64,000 bases of DNA, taken from contig JAKMXF010000306.1 in the NCBI GenBank assembly GCA_024704765.1, forward strand, positions 248,001 through 312,000, in the 5' to 3' direction. The notes beneath the pieces were generated by a model that ran no database searches, was not told where the DNA came from, and saw nothing but the letters and a program-made list of their open reading frames with translations. Source of the DNA: Oopsacas minuta (Eukaryota > Animalia > Porifera). The translations under genes and the position numbers were made by a program. Positions 14,651-27,249 of the stretch are shown piece by piece (position 1 is the first letter of the stretch; every line of letters begins with the position of its first letter).

Positions 14651-14949
14651 CCTTTGAATACTTGAATATATCATAATCGGTTATTCGGAACAAAACATTG
14701 GCTCCCGAGCTGTCCCTATTAGGCGGCTTCAACCGTACTCTTTTTGCTCAAGTTGAACCTACTCTCAAATCCCGTAATATACTCTATAGGCCAATCTGTA
14801 TGGTCTTTCTGTTATTCCGGATTTCTTTTGTGGATAATTGAATAAACTAAAGGATTTTTTGTAAATTTCACTTTTATGCCCTCGTTTAGCGTTAGTAATT
14901 CAAAACTTGTCTTATAGAAATATAACCTTGCTGTACTGAATTCTAATTA

Positions 14950-15463
14950 GTTTCTGGTGGACTATACAAGTTATTATTTAGATAATATAAGTTGGTATAT
15001 TATTAGTAAAACATTCGAGCATCTACCAATTGACATTTATGATAATTTCTTCTCCCCGCTTGTGATCCCTATAGCCAGGCATAACTGTAATTCCAGAGAT
15101 CTAAATTCAACAAGTGGAACGAGACTCTGAGGTGTTATCCTTTGTGTCCCTTTTGGGTAATTCTGAGTTGGGTTGAGATATTTTGAGTTAGCGGAAATTT
15201 CACAACCTAAATATGAAGTCTAGGTCCTTGCAACTCATCCCGGGAGTAATATTTCTTAAGAATGTATCTCGAATTTTGCTCTAAATCCAAAATGGAAATG
15301 TCGTGTTCCTCTTGGACATATGCTCTAATCATCGTAGAGTTTCTGTGAATTCATGCTTGTATCCTTCTTGGACGCCATTTCAGGTCTATAAAATGTGAAG
15401 TTTTTATAATTTCTCCTAATATTATGCACAATTTAAGCTAATTGTTCTGGCCCCGTTTTCTTT
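14950..15463 (-). mobile_element. Truncated Tc1/mariner-type remnant with one TIR
   Basis: Right end reverse-complements to TA-CGGGGTGGCCAAAGAAAACGGGGCC, a mariner-like TIR tip, followed by a decayed ORF start (MASKKD..). Left boundary not found. Confidence 0.35.
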
Positions 15464-15628
15464 GGCCACCCCGTATTCGTACTTTTGTTATCTCAAGTGC
15501 ATTTCATATATTACTCTATGAATTTGCTATCATTTTGCACTATGTAAATTTACAACAAACTAATACTTTCTGAATGTGCTATAGTATTCCACACCCTTTC
15601 TTGTTTCTCATTTATCTTTCATTTTTAG

Positions 15629-16024
15629 GTGATGTTCTTCATGTTTTGGATCTAGGGACTCCGACTTATAGAATATTTCAAGTTTTTGAGAACTATATAT
15701 ATTTACAATCAGAATTTGGTATCACTGAATTGAACATGCAATCCATTTGTTCTTTATATCGCTCTCTTCCTTCTCCAATTACATGTTTGTGTCATTTATT
15801 TTCCTCAACAATATTTTTATGTATGAATTCTGGAATGCTAGCAATTATTAATACTTTTATATGTGAGATCGTTAATGTACTTTGTATTGATGAACATTTG
15901 GGTTGTGTACATCAAGTGATTATGTCCCAGGAAAATGGGTTATTGCTAGTTTTAACGGATGTTGGAAACATACTGCTTGGCAAAATGGATACATTTCCAA
16001 TTAGCCTCATCAAAATCCTGAGAG
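15629..16024 (+). CDS. Exon of WD40-repeat protein (WDR97/WDR87-like)
   Basis: Polypyrimidine acceptor TTTTTAG at 15622-15628, open frame (DVLHVLDL..PITCLCHL..HQVIMSQENGLLLVLTDVGNILL), donor AG|GTACAA at 16025. Ends in phase 1. Confidence 0.65.
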
Positions 16025-17137
16025 GTACAATTATGTATTGTGACTCTTCAAGTATCTGTATATTCTTGCTTGCTAAGTTTGCTATTTGCTAAGTTGGAGT
16101 TAGATTCCTACCAACACATCTTATAATCACTCCAGACAGAAAAGACATATGCTATAGCGCTCGCTTGCTAGGTCGCTGCTCAACAGCATAATCCCTTAGG
16201 TTAGATTCATTATTACACATAAATGTCTTACTACTTTTGTTCGCGATCCGGGAGGATAAACTTTGCACTTTGTGCCTCGGTTAATAATATAGCAGAAAGA
16301 TTTTAGTATCCCTGTTCCATCCAAATTACATTCAATGACCTTCTGTAGTGACGCTGCAGATGCAATCTCGATTTGGCTAAGTGATCTCGGCACTTCGTGC
16401 CTCGGGGATTATATAATTCAAAAATTTGTCGAAAATTCAGAAAATTTTAATGTATTTCTACAGTCTTGATGGTATAATAATCGGATGAACAGTTAGTTTT
16501 TGGCCTGAATCATGAGTTCAAGACATTTGTATCTTACTGTTGTGCCCGTGATTCAGATTTTAACCTCCCATCATGTATATTATCTGAGCAGTGGTATATA
16601 ATGTGACTTTTTGAAATTCAATATGTTCCTAAATTTTTCCCAACCATCGAACATGTCCGACCCAAGCACAAAATATCCCTGTATGCCAAACATCAACCCA
16701 ACCGATTTTCCAGTTTCTTCTAACACACAAACATATATACAAAGTTTTACTTCTATGCATTTATAGGTTAATCCCGTGTTAGTAATAATGGCCTAAAATT
16801 ATCACATCATCCGAAAGACTAGCACAAAGGTGTATTAAGCCCCTGTTGAGATGAGATTTGAACGATATATTAAAACTAGTTGTTATTCCTAATATTCGGA
16901 TGTCTGAACTGTCAAACAACCTAGGTTTGGGCAATCGTCGGCCTGTTGTTCCAATATACATGACTCTCAAACCTCATAATTTCGTTTTAGCCTAACTTAT
17001 TCGGTCTTAGAAATATTGCCGAATCCAAAGTCTTTCACTAAACCTAATACTTAATTGCACATCTTACGATAGGATCGTGAGATTTTTGACGAGTTTCGTG
17101 GTTTTGAAAGTTCCGGATTAAGAGTCCTGGATAAATA

Positions 17138-18047
17138 CAGTCAAAGGACAAAAGTATTCGGCCACACAAATATATTATCATAAATTATATACTCTTTCCC
17201 GCCGCTCTATATTGTGTAGTCTATATTCATAGCTTCAATCTAGTAATTTGCATAGAGTAACATATGTTTTTCAAGAATTTCAAAAAATATTTTCGATTTA
17301 CACTTTTGAAGGTGTTAATTATTAATAATAAGCAGATGATTATTGATAATCAAAATATGTTGTAATTCGATGCCTATTAAGAATCTATATTTCTGACTTG
17401 ATATTTGAATTCTAAGTAGGCGAGTTACCTCAGATTGATATTTCCAATGGGATTGAACAATTTTTACCAAAGTTATAGAAGAATTTCAATTTGTGCCATT
17501 TGTGGCACCTTTTGCCCAAGGTGGCACAAGTGGCCGCTACCAAGAAGTTATTTTATAATTCAAGGGTTAGCATAGTTATATCATTCCAAAATACTACTTT
17601 GACTTATTCCTCCTAACACTAGTTAAGTTCCTTGTAGTGGCGCTTATTCCTGCCACCTGTGCCACTTTTTGAAAAAAGTGGCACAAGTGGCGCAAATTGA
17701 AATATTTCTATAACTTTGGGAAAATTGTTCAATCCCATTGGAAATTTCAATCTGGGGTAACTCGCCTACGTAGAATTCAAATATCAAGTCAGAAATTATA
17801 GATTCTTAATAGGCTTTGGATTACCACATATTTTGATTATCAATAATTATCTAATAATTATTAATAATTAACACCTTCAAAATGTGCAAATCGAAAATAT
17901 TTTTTTGAAATTCTTGAAAAACATGTTATTCTCTGCAATTACTAGATTGCAGATACGAATATAGACTATACAATATATAGGAACGTGAAAGAGTATACAA
18001 TTTATGACAATATATTTGTGTGGTCGAATACTTTTGTCCCTTGACTG
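17138..18047. mobile_element. ~910-bp non-coding foldback MITE, Tc1-type ends (copy 1)
   Basis: Starts CAGTCAAAGGACAAAAGTATTCG, ends CGAATACTTTTGTCCCTTGACTG, with TA on both sides. ~360-bp inverted arms around a ~190-bp core. Confidence 0.92.
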
Positions 18048-20411
18048 TATTTTCCCCAAACACATTTATAGATCAAATTTGGAATTTCAACTACGGTAGA
18101 AATTTTGGAATAGCTCGTTTTCTTAGTGCAGCTAGTAAATGGAGATGTCCTAAGGGCATGGACGATGTGTGAAATCAATCCTTCCATCCTACTTTGCGCA
18201 TTATAGCTGTCGAATTTCCATGAAAATTGGTGTTATATTAGCACGCTTCACTTGCTAGGACGCTGCGCTAAGCCTCAGTGTAAGTATTATTCAATGAGCT
18301 AATTTCTTGATGCTTATTGTTGCCATGCGACTGGATAGACTCGGCAATACATGCCTTCAGATCGGTTGAATTTTCGGAAAATATATTTTTACCTCGTCAG
18401 TTCCGATATGGGGATGACCTAATGGCATAGATGATTTGCGACGTCTGCACGTGAGATATCCAAGAGTCCGATTTGCATGAAAATAGGTACACATATACAT
18501 TATGGGCCAGACATTTGCTCCTTCGTAATGAAGTATTTCTAAAGTTAATTTTTCAAACCTATTTGGCGATTTGTCATATTTTCACAGCTTGTTATGCAAG
18601 TAACTAGAAACTAATCTAGAGATTTGGTTTCAACATGTTGTCAGTTTCACAGGTTATCATATGATTTATCAAATTTTTAGACCTTTTGCATATTATCCAA
18701 AATCTTGCTAGTAATTTCGTTTTTCTGCTATTCAATTGTTATCTAGAATGTAGGTTGCAATTTTGACGTTTTCAAATTTATATCTACGTGATTTAATATT
18801 CACTGCCTTTCCAAAGGTAATTGGTCATGTAGAATCCAAATTTGATATTTTTAAGTCCATATCTACATGATCTAACTCACGTATTTTCACAGCTTTATGT
18901 ATATATTTCCGATTCATGGTGAGATTTCGCCAAAGGTTATACAGGAGTTAATTGCAGGATACATATTTAGAATTTTTCACATATGATTTTGAGGTTAGAA
19001 CCTGAAGTTCAGTAGGGGACGAATAATTCCATCTCACGGCCATATGTGGTAGAATTGGTGCTTCTAGGTTGTTGTAGTTAATTATCTAGGTTCTTTGTGC
19101 CTTGAGTATTTTGAAATTCTCAAAAATATCGAATTTCGAATAAGTTTCATTTTCTTGTATAGTAATCGTGATCTAATAATTCCATGACGAGTCATCTTTG
19201 TTCGAAGTGATGACATAACATTTTGCCTATTAGTGGTAACTATTTTTCAAATTTAATACTTCCATCATGTATATCACGTGGGATGTGGCTGATATTGTGA
19301 TTCTTCTGATGCTAAAAGTGTGACCATAACGTCCTAACTTCTTCTTAGGTGTTAAATTCTGTCTGAAATTTAAACTACTCCGAGTCAGCCACAAAATTGT
19401 TTCGTTTGCTAAAATCAGCACTGAGGATCTTCAGCTTCTTCAATAATTTCCAACATACAAATATATATGCACGTGTATATATTTATTTATACTATACAGA
19501 ATCATATTTTCACTCCATTCTATGTCAATTACAAGAGCATGTATAAAATTTGGTTTCAGGATTTTGTTAGAGTAATTGAGGGTATTGATACCGATTTTCA
19601 TAATACTATACCTTTTGCTTCAATATCAAAATGGTGATGGGTATCTCTCTGTAACATTTAGAGGTTAGTAATCGAATATATAGATTCCAATTTTGATATT
19701 TTCAAACATATATCTACATGATTCAAACATAATTCAATATGGTTAATATTTAAGGTTAAATTTTGCATGCGGTCAAATTTTTAGACAAATAATTTGTCCA
19801 TTGTATGAAACATGACCCAGTGATCTAAACTGCACAACCAGTATATAATCTGGACATATTTTTGATTTATAGTACTTGCGCAGCGGGAACTAGGAATATT
19901 CTAACTAAATACCAGAATACTGCTAGAAATCTTGGGATGAGAACGTTCATTTTATTTGAGATTTCGTTACTTCATCAAATGCTGACAGAATTGCCATATT
20001 TGCAAACTTCTGGAATTAAGTCTAATCTGATTTTGTTATGATTCTCTTAATCTGTGTAAATTTCTCTTCGTTTACCCTATTACGTACGAAGATTTACGTT
20101 CGTAATGAAATGGAACACATAAATATTACATCTTCCTTCTAACCAATTGTCGTACCCATAAGGAGACCTTTTTGCCTTCTCTGATGTCTTTTTCCAAAGA
20201 GGTTTCGAATTAAATTTGCCCTTTCTCGATTATTCCCTGAAACAGGATGTTTAAAATTTTTCTAAACTTCGATAACAATTGGCGAAATTTTATTTCCTTT
20301 TGTTAGAATTTTAATCGAAATATGTTTTCATTTTTTTCCTTATACTACTACGGGCGTTCAATAAATTCTGATCACTGTGTTACTGTGGGGATTTATAACA
20401 CAACAGTAATA

Positions 20412-21319
20412 CAGTCAATGGACAAAAGTATTCGACCACACAAATTTATTGTCATAAATTGTATACTCTTTCCCGCTCCTATATATTGTGTAGTCTATAT
20501 TCGTGGCTGCAATCTAGTAATTTGCATAGAATAACGTATGTTTTCCGAGTATTTCAAAAAAAAAAATTTTCGATTTACACATTTTGAAGGTGTTAATTAT
20601 TAATAATCATTTGATAATTATTGATAATCAAAATGTGTGGTAATTCAAAACCTATTAAGAATCTGTAATTTCTGACTTGATATTTGAATTCTACGTAAGC
20701 GAGTTACCCCAGATTGAAATTTCCAATGAGATTGAACAATTTTTACCAAAGTTATAGAAGAATTTCAATTTGTGCCACTTGAGCCACTTTTTGAAAAAGG
20801 TGGCACAGGCGGCAGGAAAATGCGCCACTATGAGGAAATCAACTAGGGTTAGGAGGAATAAGTCAAAGTAGTATTTTCGAATGATATGACTATGCTAACC
20901 CTTGAATTACAAAATAACCTCTGGGTAACGACCACTTGTGCCACCTTAGGCAAAAGGTGGCACAAATTGAAATCTTCTATAACTTTGGTAAAAATTATTC
21001 AATCTCATTGGAAATTTAAATCTAGGGTAATTCGCCTACGTAGAATTCAAATATCAGGTCAGAAATTACAGATTCTTAATAGGTTTTGAATTACCACATA
21101 ATTTGATTATCAATAATTATCAAATAATTATTAATAATTAACACTTTCACAAAGTGTAAATCGAAAACATTTTTTGAAATTCTCGAAAAACATATGTTAT
21201 TCTATGCAAATTACTAGATTGCAGCTACGAATATAGACTACACAATATATAGGAGCGGGAAAGAGTATACAATTTGTGACAATATATTTGTGTGGTCGAA
21301 TACTTTTGTCCCCTGACTG
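20412..21319. mobile_element. ~910-bp foldback MITE (copy 2), nested in mariner
   Basis: Same TIR tips as copy 1, TA at 20410-11 and 21320-21, inserted ~60 bp inside the mariner left end. Confidence 0.92.
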
Positions 21320-21445
21320 TATATTGATATTTGAATATGAATACTTAATCCTCTGTCTACAAGCTAGTATTGATTTTTTCATTATCGCTTAAAAACTCTA
21401 CAAGTTATATCCAATTTACAACAGGTGTTTTTATACTATACCTTT

Positions 21446-22526
21446 ATGACATCACTTGGCAAGAATTCTAAAATCGAGCCAAGAGCTTATGTCAAGATAC
21501 GTACTCTCCTCGGGAAATCTGCACACGAGATACATCTTGATTTGGTTCAAGTCTATACTACGAAAGGTGCTCTGTCTTATGCAGGTGTCAGAAGATGGGC
21601 TCAGCGTTTCAGGTTGGGAAGAAAGTCCATCGAAGATGACCCTCTGCCTGGAGCACCAATCAGGACTCCATCTCCCATTAAACCGTGCGCAATCAAGAAA
21701 CTGACAGACGAGACCCACATATAACTATCAGGGAACTTTCTAACAGTGTTGGTATCTCGATGGGAAGTGTAGACCACATTTTAAGATCACAGCTGAAGTT
21801 GACGAAGGTTTGTGCCAGATGGGTCCCACATTTACTCACAAATGCCCAGAAAGAGACAAGGGTGAGATGTCGTCGTAATCTCCTTAAATCCTACAAAGAA
21901 TGTAACCCGCGAAGATTATTTGAGATAGTGACTGGTGATGAGACATGGGTTCAGTAAACACACCTTTTTCCAAACAGGGAAATAAGGTGTGGATAGGAAA
22001 GCACTCAGACCCTCCGATGATACCGCGTCCAGATTTCAGATCATCGAAGATCATGTATTGCATATTTTTTGATGCACATGGCCCAGTGGCCCAGGTGATA
22101 ATTCCAAAGGGACAAACTGTTACTGGAAGCTTCTACACTAGTAATTGTCTTGGTGCAGTGGAAGAAAGCTTGTTGAAGAGGAGAAAAAGGCCTGGTGCTA
22201 AAGAGTTGAGATTATTAGATGATAATGTCCGTCTTCACCAAACCAAGCAAGTCAAAGAAAACATCTTAAGGATGGGAATGATTGAGCTTGAACATCCACC
22301 CTACAACCCAGATCTAGCTCCTTGTGATTTCTATCTCTTCCCTAAGCTTAAGGAATACCTCTCTAGTCGTCAATTTTAGCTACAGCGCAGTACTGAGAGC
22401 GGCGATTTACCAGTATCTCAAACGGATACCGCCGGAAGTCTATAAAAATATTTTGTACAATGGTAGGAGCGTCTTCAACGCTGTATAAATAATGGTGGGA
22501 GTATTTCGAAAAAAATCAAACACTGA
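21446..22526 (+). pseudogene. mariner transposase pseudogene
   Basis: MTSLGKNSKIEPRAYVKIRTLLG..WVPHLLT..IVTGDETW..DDNVRLH..HPPYNPDLAPCDFYLFPKLK, split by frameshifts and stops. Confidence 0.9.
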
Positions 22527-22689
22527 TTGTTTGTTTACAGCTTATTTTTGAGTACTTTTGGGGGTAGTGATCAGAACTTATTGAACACCCGTAGTAGGAT
22601 TGTTTTATTTTATATTAAGATTATTCAGGTATGATGTACCTTTGTTAGCACTTGCTAATTCCTGTTTCACTAAGGTTGTTTCTTATCTA

Positions 22690-23924
22690 CAGGGTTAGGC
22701 ATAAGTTCTGTACCAAGTATGAACTAGTATATTTCTTATCTTACCATAATAGTTGATGAAATTTGTAATGAATTAGTGAATATACATACTAATGATACGA
22801 AATAAATTTAGCTCTTCGAATGTATTGCCCTTTGCTGCGATACATGGGCTCAATCGCTTGGAGAAATTATCGGTAGTAGCACGCAACACATCCTCATTGA
22901 TTAAATCCCACTCTCTTCTCAAGGAAGACTTCAGACTTTCCACATTCTTGTAAGGCTTTGTACATACACTAGACTCTAAGATAGACTATATACAGAAATC
23001 CATAGGGTTTAGATCTGGAGAAGTGGTCGGCCATTCTTCAGTTGATATAAATTCCGGTACATAGAGTTCAACCGCTCAGATGTCATTTTGGCTTTGTAAG
23101 AGGAGTGGAATCTTGCTGGAACACCTAATGCGCGCAATTGAAGTACTCACCAGCCCAAGGCTTCAATTTGTTCTCAAAAATGCTCTCAATATACACTTCT
23201 TTGTTAATTTTCACCCCTTTCTCAATGAACACCAGAGGTTTCGGTCCATCGAGGTAATGGCTCCCCAAACTATGACCGGTGTAGGTTTCTGAGTTTTTTT
23301 ATTGTGCGTATTGACGACGATATAGACTTTTGATTTGGAGCAAGAATTCGACTGTTTTGGCGATTATATGCCATTCCTACGGTAAAATCTTTTCATCGGA
23401 GGATACAATACTCTGGTGCGTGCAACTAGTGAATCTTTTCTCAGAATCAGACATTTTTAATACCTACGCCTCTTATTCACCTCAAAAAGTAACTGTACTT
23501 CTCCAAATTTGTAGCATTTTAAGCCTAAATCCTCTTATACTATCCTCCCCTACTTCTGGTTGAAAAATAGGAGTCTTTGCCATACCTTGGATGCTTCTGA
23601 TAGGATTCGTCCTGTCCTTCTTCCGGACGAACTTCTTAACAGCAGGAGTACGAATAGGACGAGATCCACCTTTTCTGAACCTGTCCTGAGTACTGCCTGT
23701 CTCCTTGTAACGTTTGATTGCGAGGTAGACCATACATCTATTTATGGACAGTATTTTTGATATTTCGGAAGCTGACTTGCCTTCATTATGATGCAAGATT
23801 GTCAATGACTGTTTTGCTTCTTTGTCCATAGATCAACAAATTTTCTCTAGTAGGAATCAGTGCTCTATACATTGCTTGAGATATTGAAGACAGTATGTGA
23901 TCTATATGTATTCGCCTAATCCTG
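22690..23924 (-). mobile_element. maT/DD37D-type Tc1/mariner element, pseudogenised
   Basis: TIR tips TA-CAGGGTTAGGCA and reverse-complemented TA-CAGGATTAGGCG. ORF from 23829 (HTH region); downstream FQQD..WPTTSPDLNPMDF, where MDF gives D as the third catalytic residue. Confidence 0.82.
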
Positions 23925-24338
23925 TAAGCTCGACTTACAGTCATCAGTACATATCATATATGCGTATACATTAAATTCAGCCAAATTGTGATTCTGTTAT
24001 TTCTAAGTTACTATTTCCAGGCATATATATTAATTCTTTAATATATTTAATAAATCCATATTATATACAGCACTAGAAGTATCTATTATTTAACAAATAT
24101 ACGCAGAATTATTAGCCATGACATGGTGTTATATAATTAATATTTTTCATTTAAATTCAGCGGAAAACTGTAACCAATATATAAATTCTACAAGAATACG
24201 AAGGTGTAGAACCCTTTTCTCTCTAGAAACTTGTGAAAATTACGTAGCTTTGCTTTCATAATTTTTGCAAGAGGCCTGACAAAAATTTGACGAGTCTGAA
24301 ATCGTGGCAGATGGTGTCCGATTGATTACCAAAGGGGA

Positions 24339-24374
24339 CACAGTGGCACGAAATGACAGTTTGGTGGAAATAGC
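24339..24374 (+). repeat. 3' TIR: CACAGTG + 17 nt + GGTGGAAATAGC
   Basis: Read directly. The heptamer is identical to the canonical V(D)J RSS heptamer. Confidence 0.9.
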
Positions 24375-24526
24375 AATTTATGTAACAGATATGCATTTAT
24401 GATGTATTATTGACGTATAGGTTATCTACCATATACAACAGATTTACACTATCAGAATTTATATACGGCTTCGGAATCACGAGTTATGACGTCATTGGAA
24501 TGTCAATATAGTTTTTAGAAATATAC

Positions 24527-26656
24527 TTAATCATCCTCTATTATGAGGGAATTGACAATAAGATCTTGTTTACTAAGAGTATTGCTGTTACTTGAGGTAC
24601 TTTTCCGCATCTTTCTGTTTAGTAGAAGAATCGGATCACTTTGGCAGATGATCCGTGAGAAAACATCTTTTAAGTTTTCTTCAAAGGAAAACTTCCTCGA
24701 CAAACGTTCTCTAAATCTTCTGAGTAACTTATTGCTTGACTCCAGACCTTCCTCTGATAATTGTTCCAGTCCATAACCATCATTATAATCAGAAATAATG
24801 CTTGCTGCATGAGCTAACAGTTTGTGCATTGTAGGGGTTATGTTAGCCCAAGAAAATTGCGTCAAAATCAGCTGATAAAGTTCGCGACATACTAATGAGA
24901 GTTCGTCTGTGTGTATTCTTCTATTAGAATTATATACCCGTAGGATGGCTCCAAGGTAGGTGTGGATATCAGTGATCACTTGTTTGCAATTTGATGGTAA
25001 TACTGTCAAAATCCAGTATAGGAAGTCTCTCTCACTATCATCTTTCCTCACTAAGCATCGTCTCACAACATTTCCTGTTGTAGAAGTTCCACCTTGTGAA
25101 GAAGCACAATCAATCATCAAATTCAACTTTTCTTTTAACAAACCGAAAATAAAACTCTTGGTGTATTGGACTTTAGTAGAAGTTGGTGACCATTTAGTTA
25201 CTCCAGCAGTCAGATGGCTTACCAGAGACATAAACCAACTGAAACACCTAAGGTATGCGTGTAAAGGTGAACCCGGGATTATGTCTATATCAGATAAAGG
25301 TGCATGGGTAAGATTAAATCTTTCGTTAGAACTTAGTGAGAGAAATCGCTCTTCATCAACTTCTTCAAATATGATCTTTGCATCACTGATAAACCTGTTG
25401 ATGGGAAAGCCATCCTGGACAAAAGTTAAATCGTGCATCTGCTCGAATGTAGTTGTGCAAAACTGACAACAAGCTCCTCCTGCACCACTCAAAATTTGAG
25501 CCATTTTTCCATCAATTTGCGAACGCAAAATTTGCACACTAGCAGTGATACCATTAATCAAATTTAGGCCATTATTTTCGATGTACTCAGTCTCCTTGTT
25601 GACCATTGTCGACATAAGAAAGCCTACATTTTCTAGATTCTCTTGAAGAGCAAGTATGGTTATTGGCCTTATCGAGAATGGGGAATTCGGAACAGAGTTC
25701 TTCCAGAGGAGTTTTCCTTGGTGATTGGTGATAGAAAGCACCTTAAATCCAAATAATAGAAAGTCCTTGGTTGTTAAATCGGGATGGGAAGTTGCTTGTT
25801 GATAAACGCGATGGGAACCTGACCCATCTAACCCATCAGATATCCGAATCTTAAGTGGTTGGTCATCACTGTCAATGGGAGTATTTGTGGATATTATCCT
25901 ATTCACTGTGTGAGTGAGTAATGTGTAATAGGAAATGCCAATGCCAACCGGATATTCTCTTTCCACTATTTCCATCTCATCAATTAGGCAAATTTGACTA
26001 CGATGGATTGCGACTCTATTGTAACCAGGAAGAGTGATATCCTCATTAATTAATATACGTCTTAGGTCGATGTATTTTGACTTCCCAATTTCTAATGAGT
26101 CTAGTAAGAAGCAAGACGAATCTAAAGAGAGTTTCCTGTTGAAATTTCCTAATCCATGACTCCCGGCAATTACATTTTTGCTGATATTAGCGGTGCTAAC
26201 ATCATGCTCTTCCTGTGAATACAACAACAGTAAGTAGCTAGAAATCATCTTAGGTGAAACTTCTTCCCGCTGTGCGACAGCTTCCAGATGTAATCTCAGG
26301 TTGGCTAATCGATATCGCATACCTTTATTACTTAATTCGCTGATGTGCTTCCGAGATACTCGACTAAAATCTTCCTCGAATACAATTGTAGATTCCTTGA
26401 AGGGTCTAGCTTCATTTGAAGACTGTGGAATGTCATCCATTTGAGGATCCCTACAAAAGAGCAATTCCTCCCAAGTTGCTAAGTCCTTCTCTTTCAAATA
26501 TATTTTTCTTTCAGACTTAATATTTGAAAATTTTCGGCGGAAAAGGTCACAATTGGACTCTCCAAGATTATATTTAGCAATAAACTCACGAGCAATCGTA
26601 CTAAACGCTTTCTCCGAGTTGGACATATAGAAATTGAAGGCTTCTTTGTTGTTCAT
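24527..26656 (-). CDS. Transib / RAG1-core-like DDE transposase, 709 aa
   Basis: Motifs DGLD277GSG, PNS..RP, ID382GKM, C397xxC400, SPLH, TGNVVRR, TPTMH611KLLAH616, SEEGLE639SSNKLLRRFR and DVF..SDP match RAG1/Transib catalytic (D600/D708/E962) and Zn-binding (CxxC, HxxxxH) motifs. No stops or frameshifts. Confidence 0.95.
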   Translation of the reverse strand: MNNKEAFNFYMSNSEKAFSTIAREFIAKYNLGESNCDLFRRKFSNIKSERKIYLKEKDLATWEELLFCRDPQMDDIPQSSNEARPFKESTIVFEEDFSRVSRKHISELSNKGMRYRLANLRLHLEAVAQREEVSPKMISSYLLLLYSQEEHDVSTANISKNVIAGSHGLGNFNRKLSLDSSCFLLDSLEIGKSKYIDLRRILINEDITLPGYNRVAIHRSQICLIDEMEIVEREYPVGIGISYYTLLTHTVNRIISTNTPIDSDDQPLKIRISDGLDGSGSHRVYQQATSHPDLTTKDFLLFGFKVLSITNHQGKLLWKNSVPNSPFSIRPITILALQENLENVGFLMSTMVNKETEYIENNGLNLINGITASVQILRSQIDGKMAQILSGAGGACCQFCTTTFEQMHDLTFVQDGFPINRFISDAKIIFEEVDEERFLSLSSNERFNLTHAPLSDIDIIPGSPLHAYLRCFSWFMSLVSHLTAGVTKWSPTSTKVQYTKSFIFGLLKEKLNLMIDCASSQGGTSTTGNVVRRCLVRKDDSERDFLYWILTVLPSNCKQVITDIHTYLGAILRVYNSNRRIHTDELSLVCRELYQLILTQFSWANITPTMHKLLAHAASIISDYNDGYGLEQLSEEGLESSNKLLRRFRERLSRKFSFEENLKDVFSRIICQSDPILLLNRKMRKSTSSNSNTLSKQDLIVNSLIIEDD

Positions 26657-27249
26657 TAGGACGGAGTAAAATTGAAACTAATTAATAATCAACCATAAGA
26701 TAAAATTTGTTGCAAACAAAAGGGCTGTAAATTACGGGACGACCAGTAGAAATAGTTGCAAAACTCAATTAGCGCCAAGTTGCGCCAGGCTAGAACTAAG
26801 TTTATTTTATTTTAAATATAACTTTCTTCAAAATAAAATCCAATTTACAACGGGCAACAACAGGCAAAGATAGTTGTGGCATTTAAAACTCAATTGACCA
26901 AACATAAATTCACCAAAATTATTTGGAATTTCTACCTAGTATATTCTAAAAGCTAATATTATAATTTAGTAGTCATGTATTTCATTATAATGGCCACTTA
27001 AAGTACTTCAATATGACAGGCTACAATTTTCATATACATAACTAAAACAAGAATATGTGTCAAATTCCTTTGGCTACTTTGAGAAACCTTGATTTTTGTG
27101 TTTCATCATGTTGAAGTTACTCATCTAGAAATAACTATTGTTCAAAAGTAAAACTATCAAATATCATTATATGCTGTATTTCTGGGTTTCCGAGTATGCT
27201 GAATAAGATAGGATTAATTAGATATCAAAATATCACTGTCAAATATTTC

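Larger units (their letters stand above)
20351..22591 (+). mobile_element. mariner (DD34D) element interrupted by foldback MITE
   Basis: TIRs CGGGCGTTCAATAAATTCTGATCAC and GTGATCAGAACTTATTGAACACCCG with TA TSDs. About 1.33 kb after removing the MITE. Confidence 0.9.

Noticed and set aside
24346-24380. Canonical 12/23 RSS with nonamer ACAAAAACC
   Set aside because: No nonamer at 12 or 23 nt from either heptamer; only the heptamer matches.
24543-25466. + strand ORFs (77 and 168 aa) over the Transib
   Set aside because: Antisense shadows of the transposase with no recognisable motifs.
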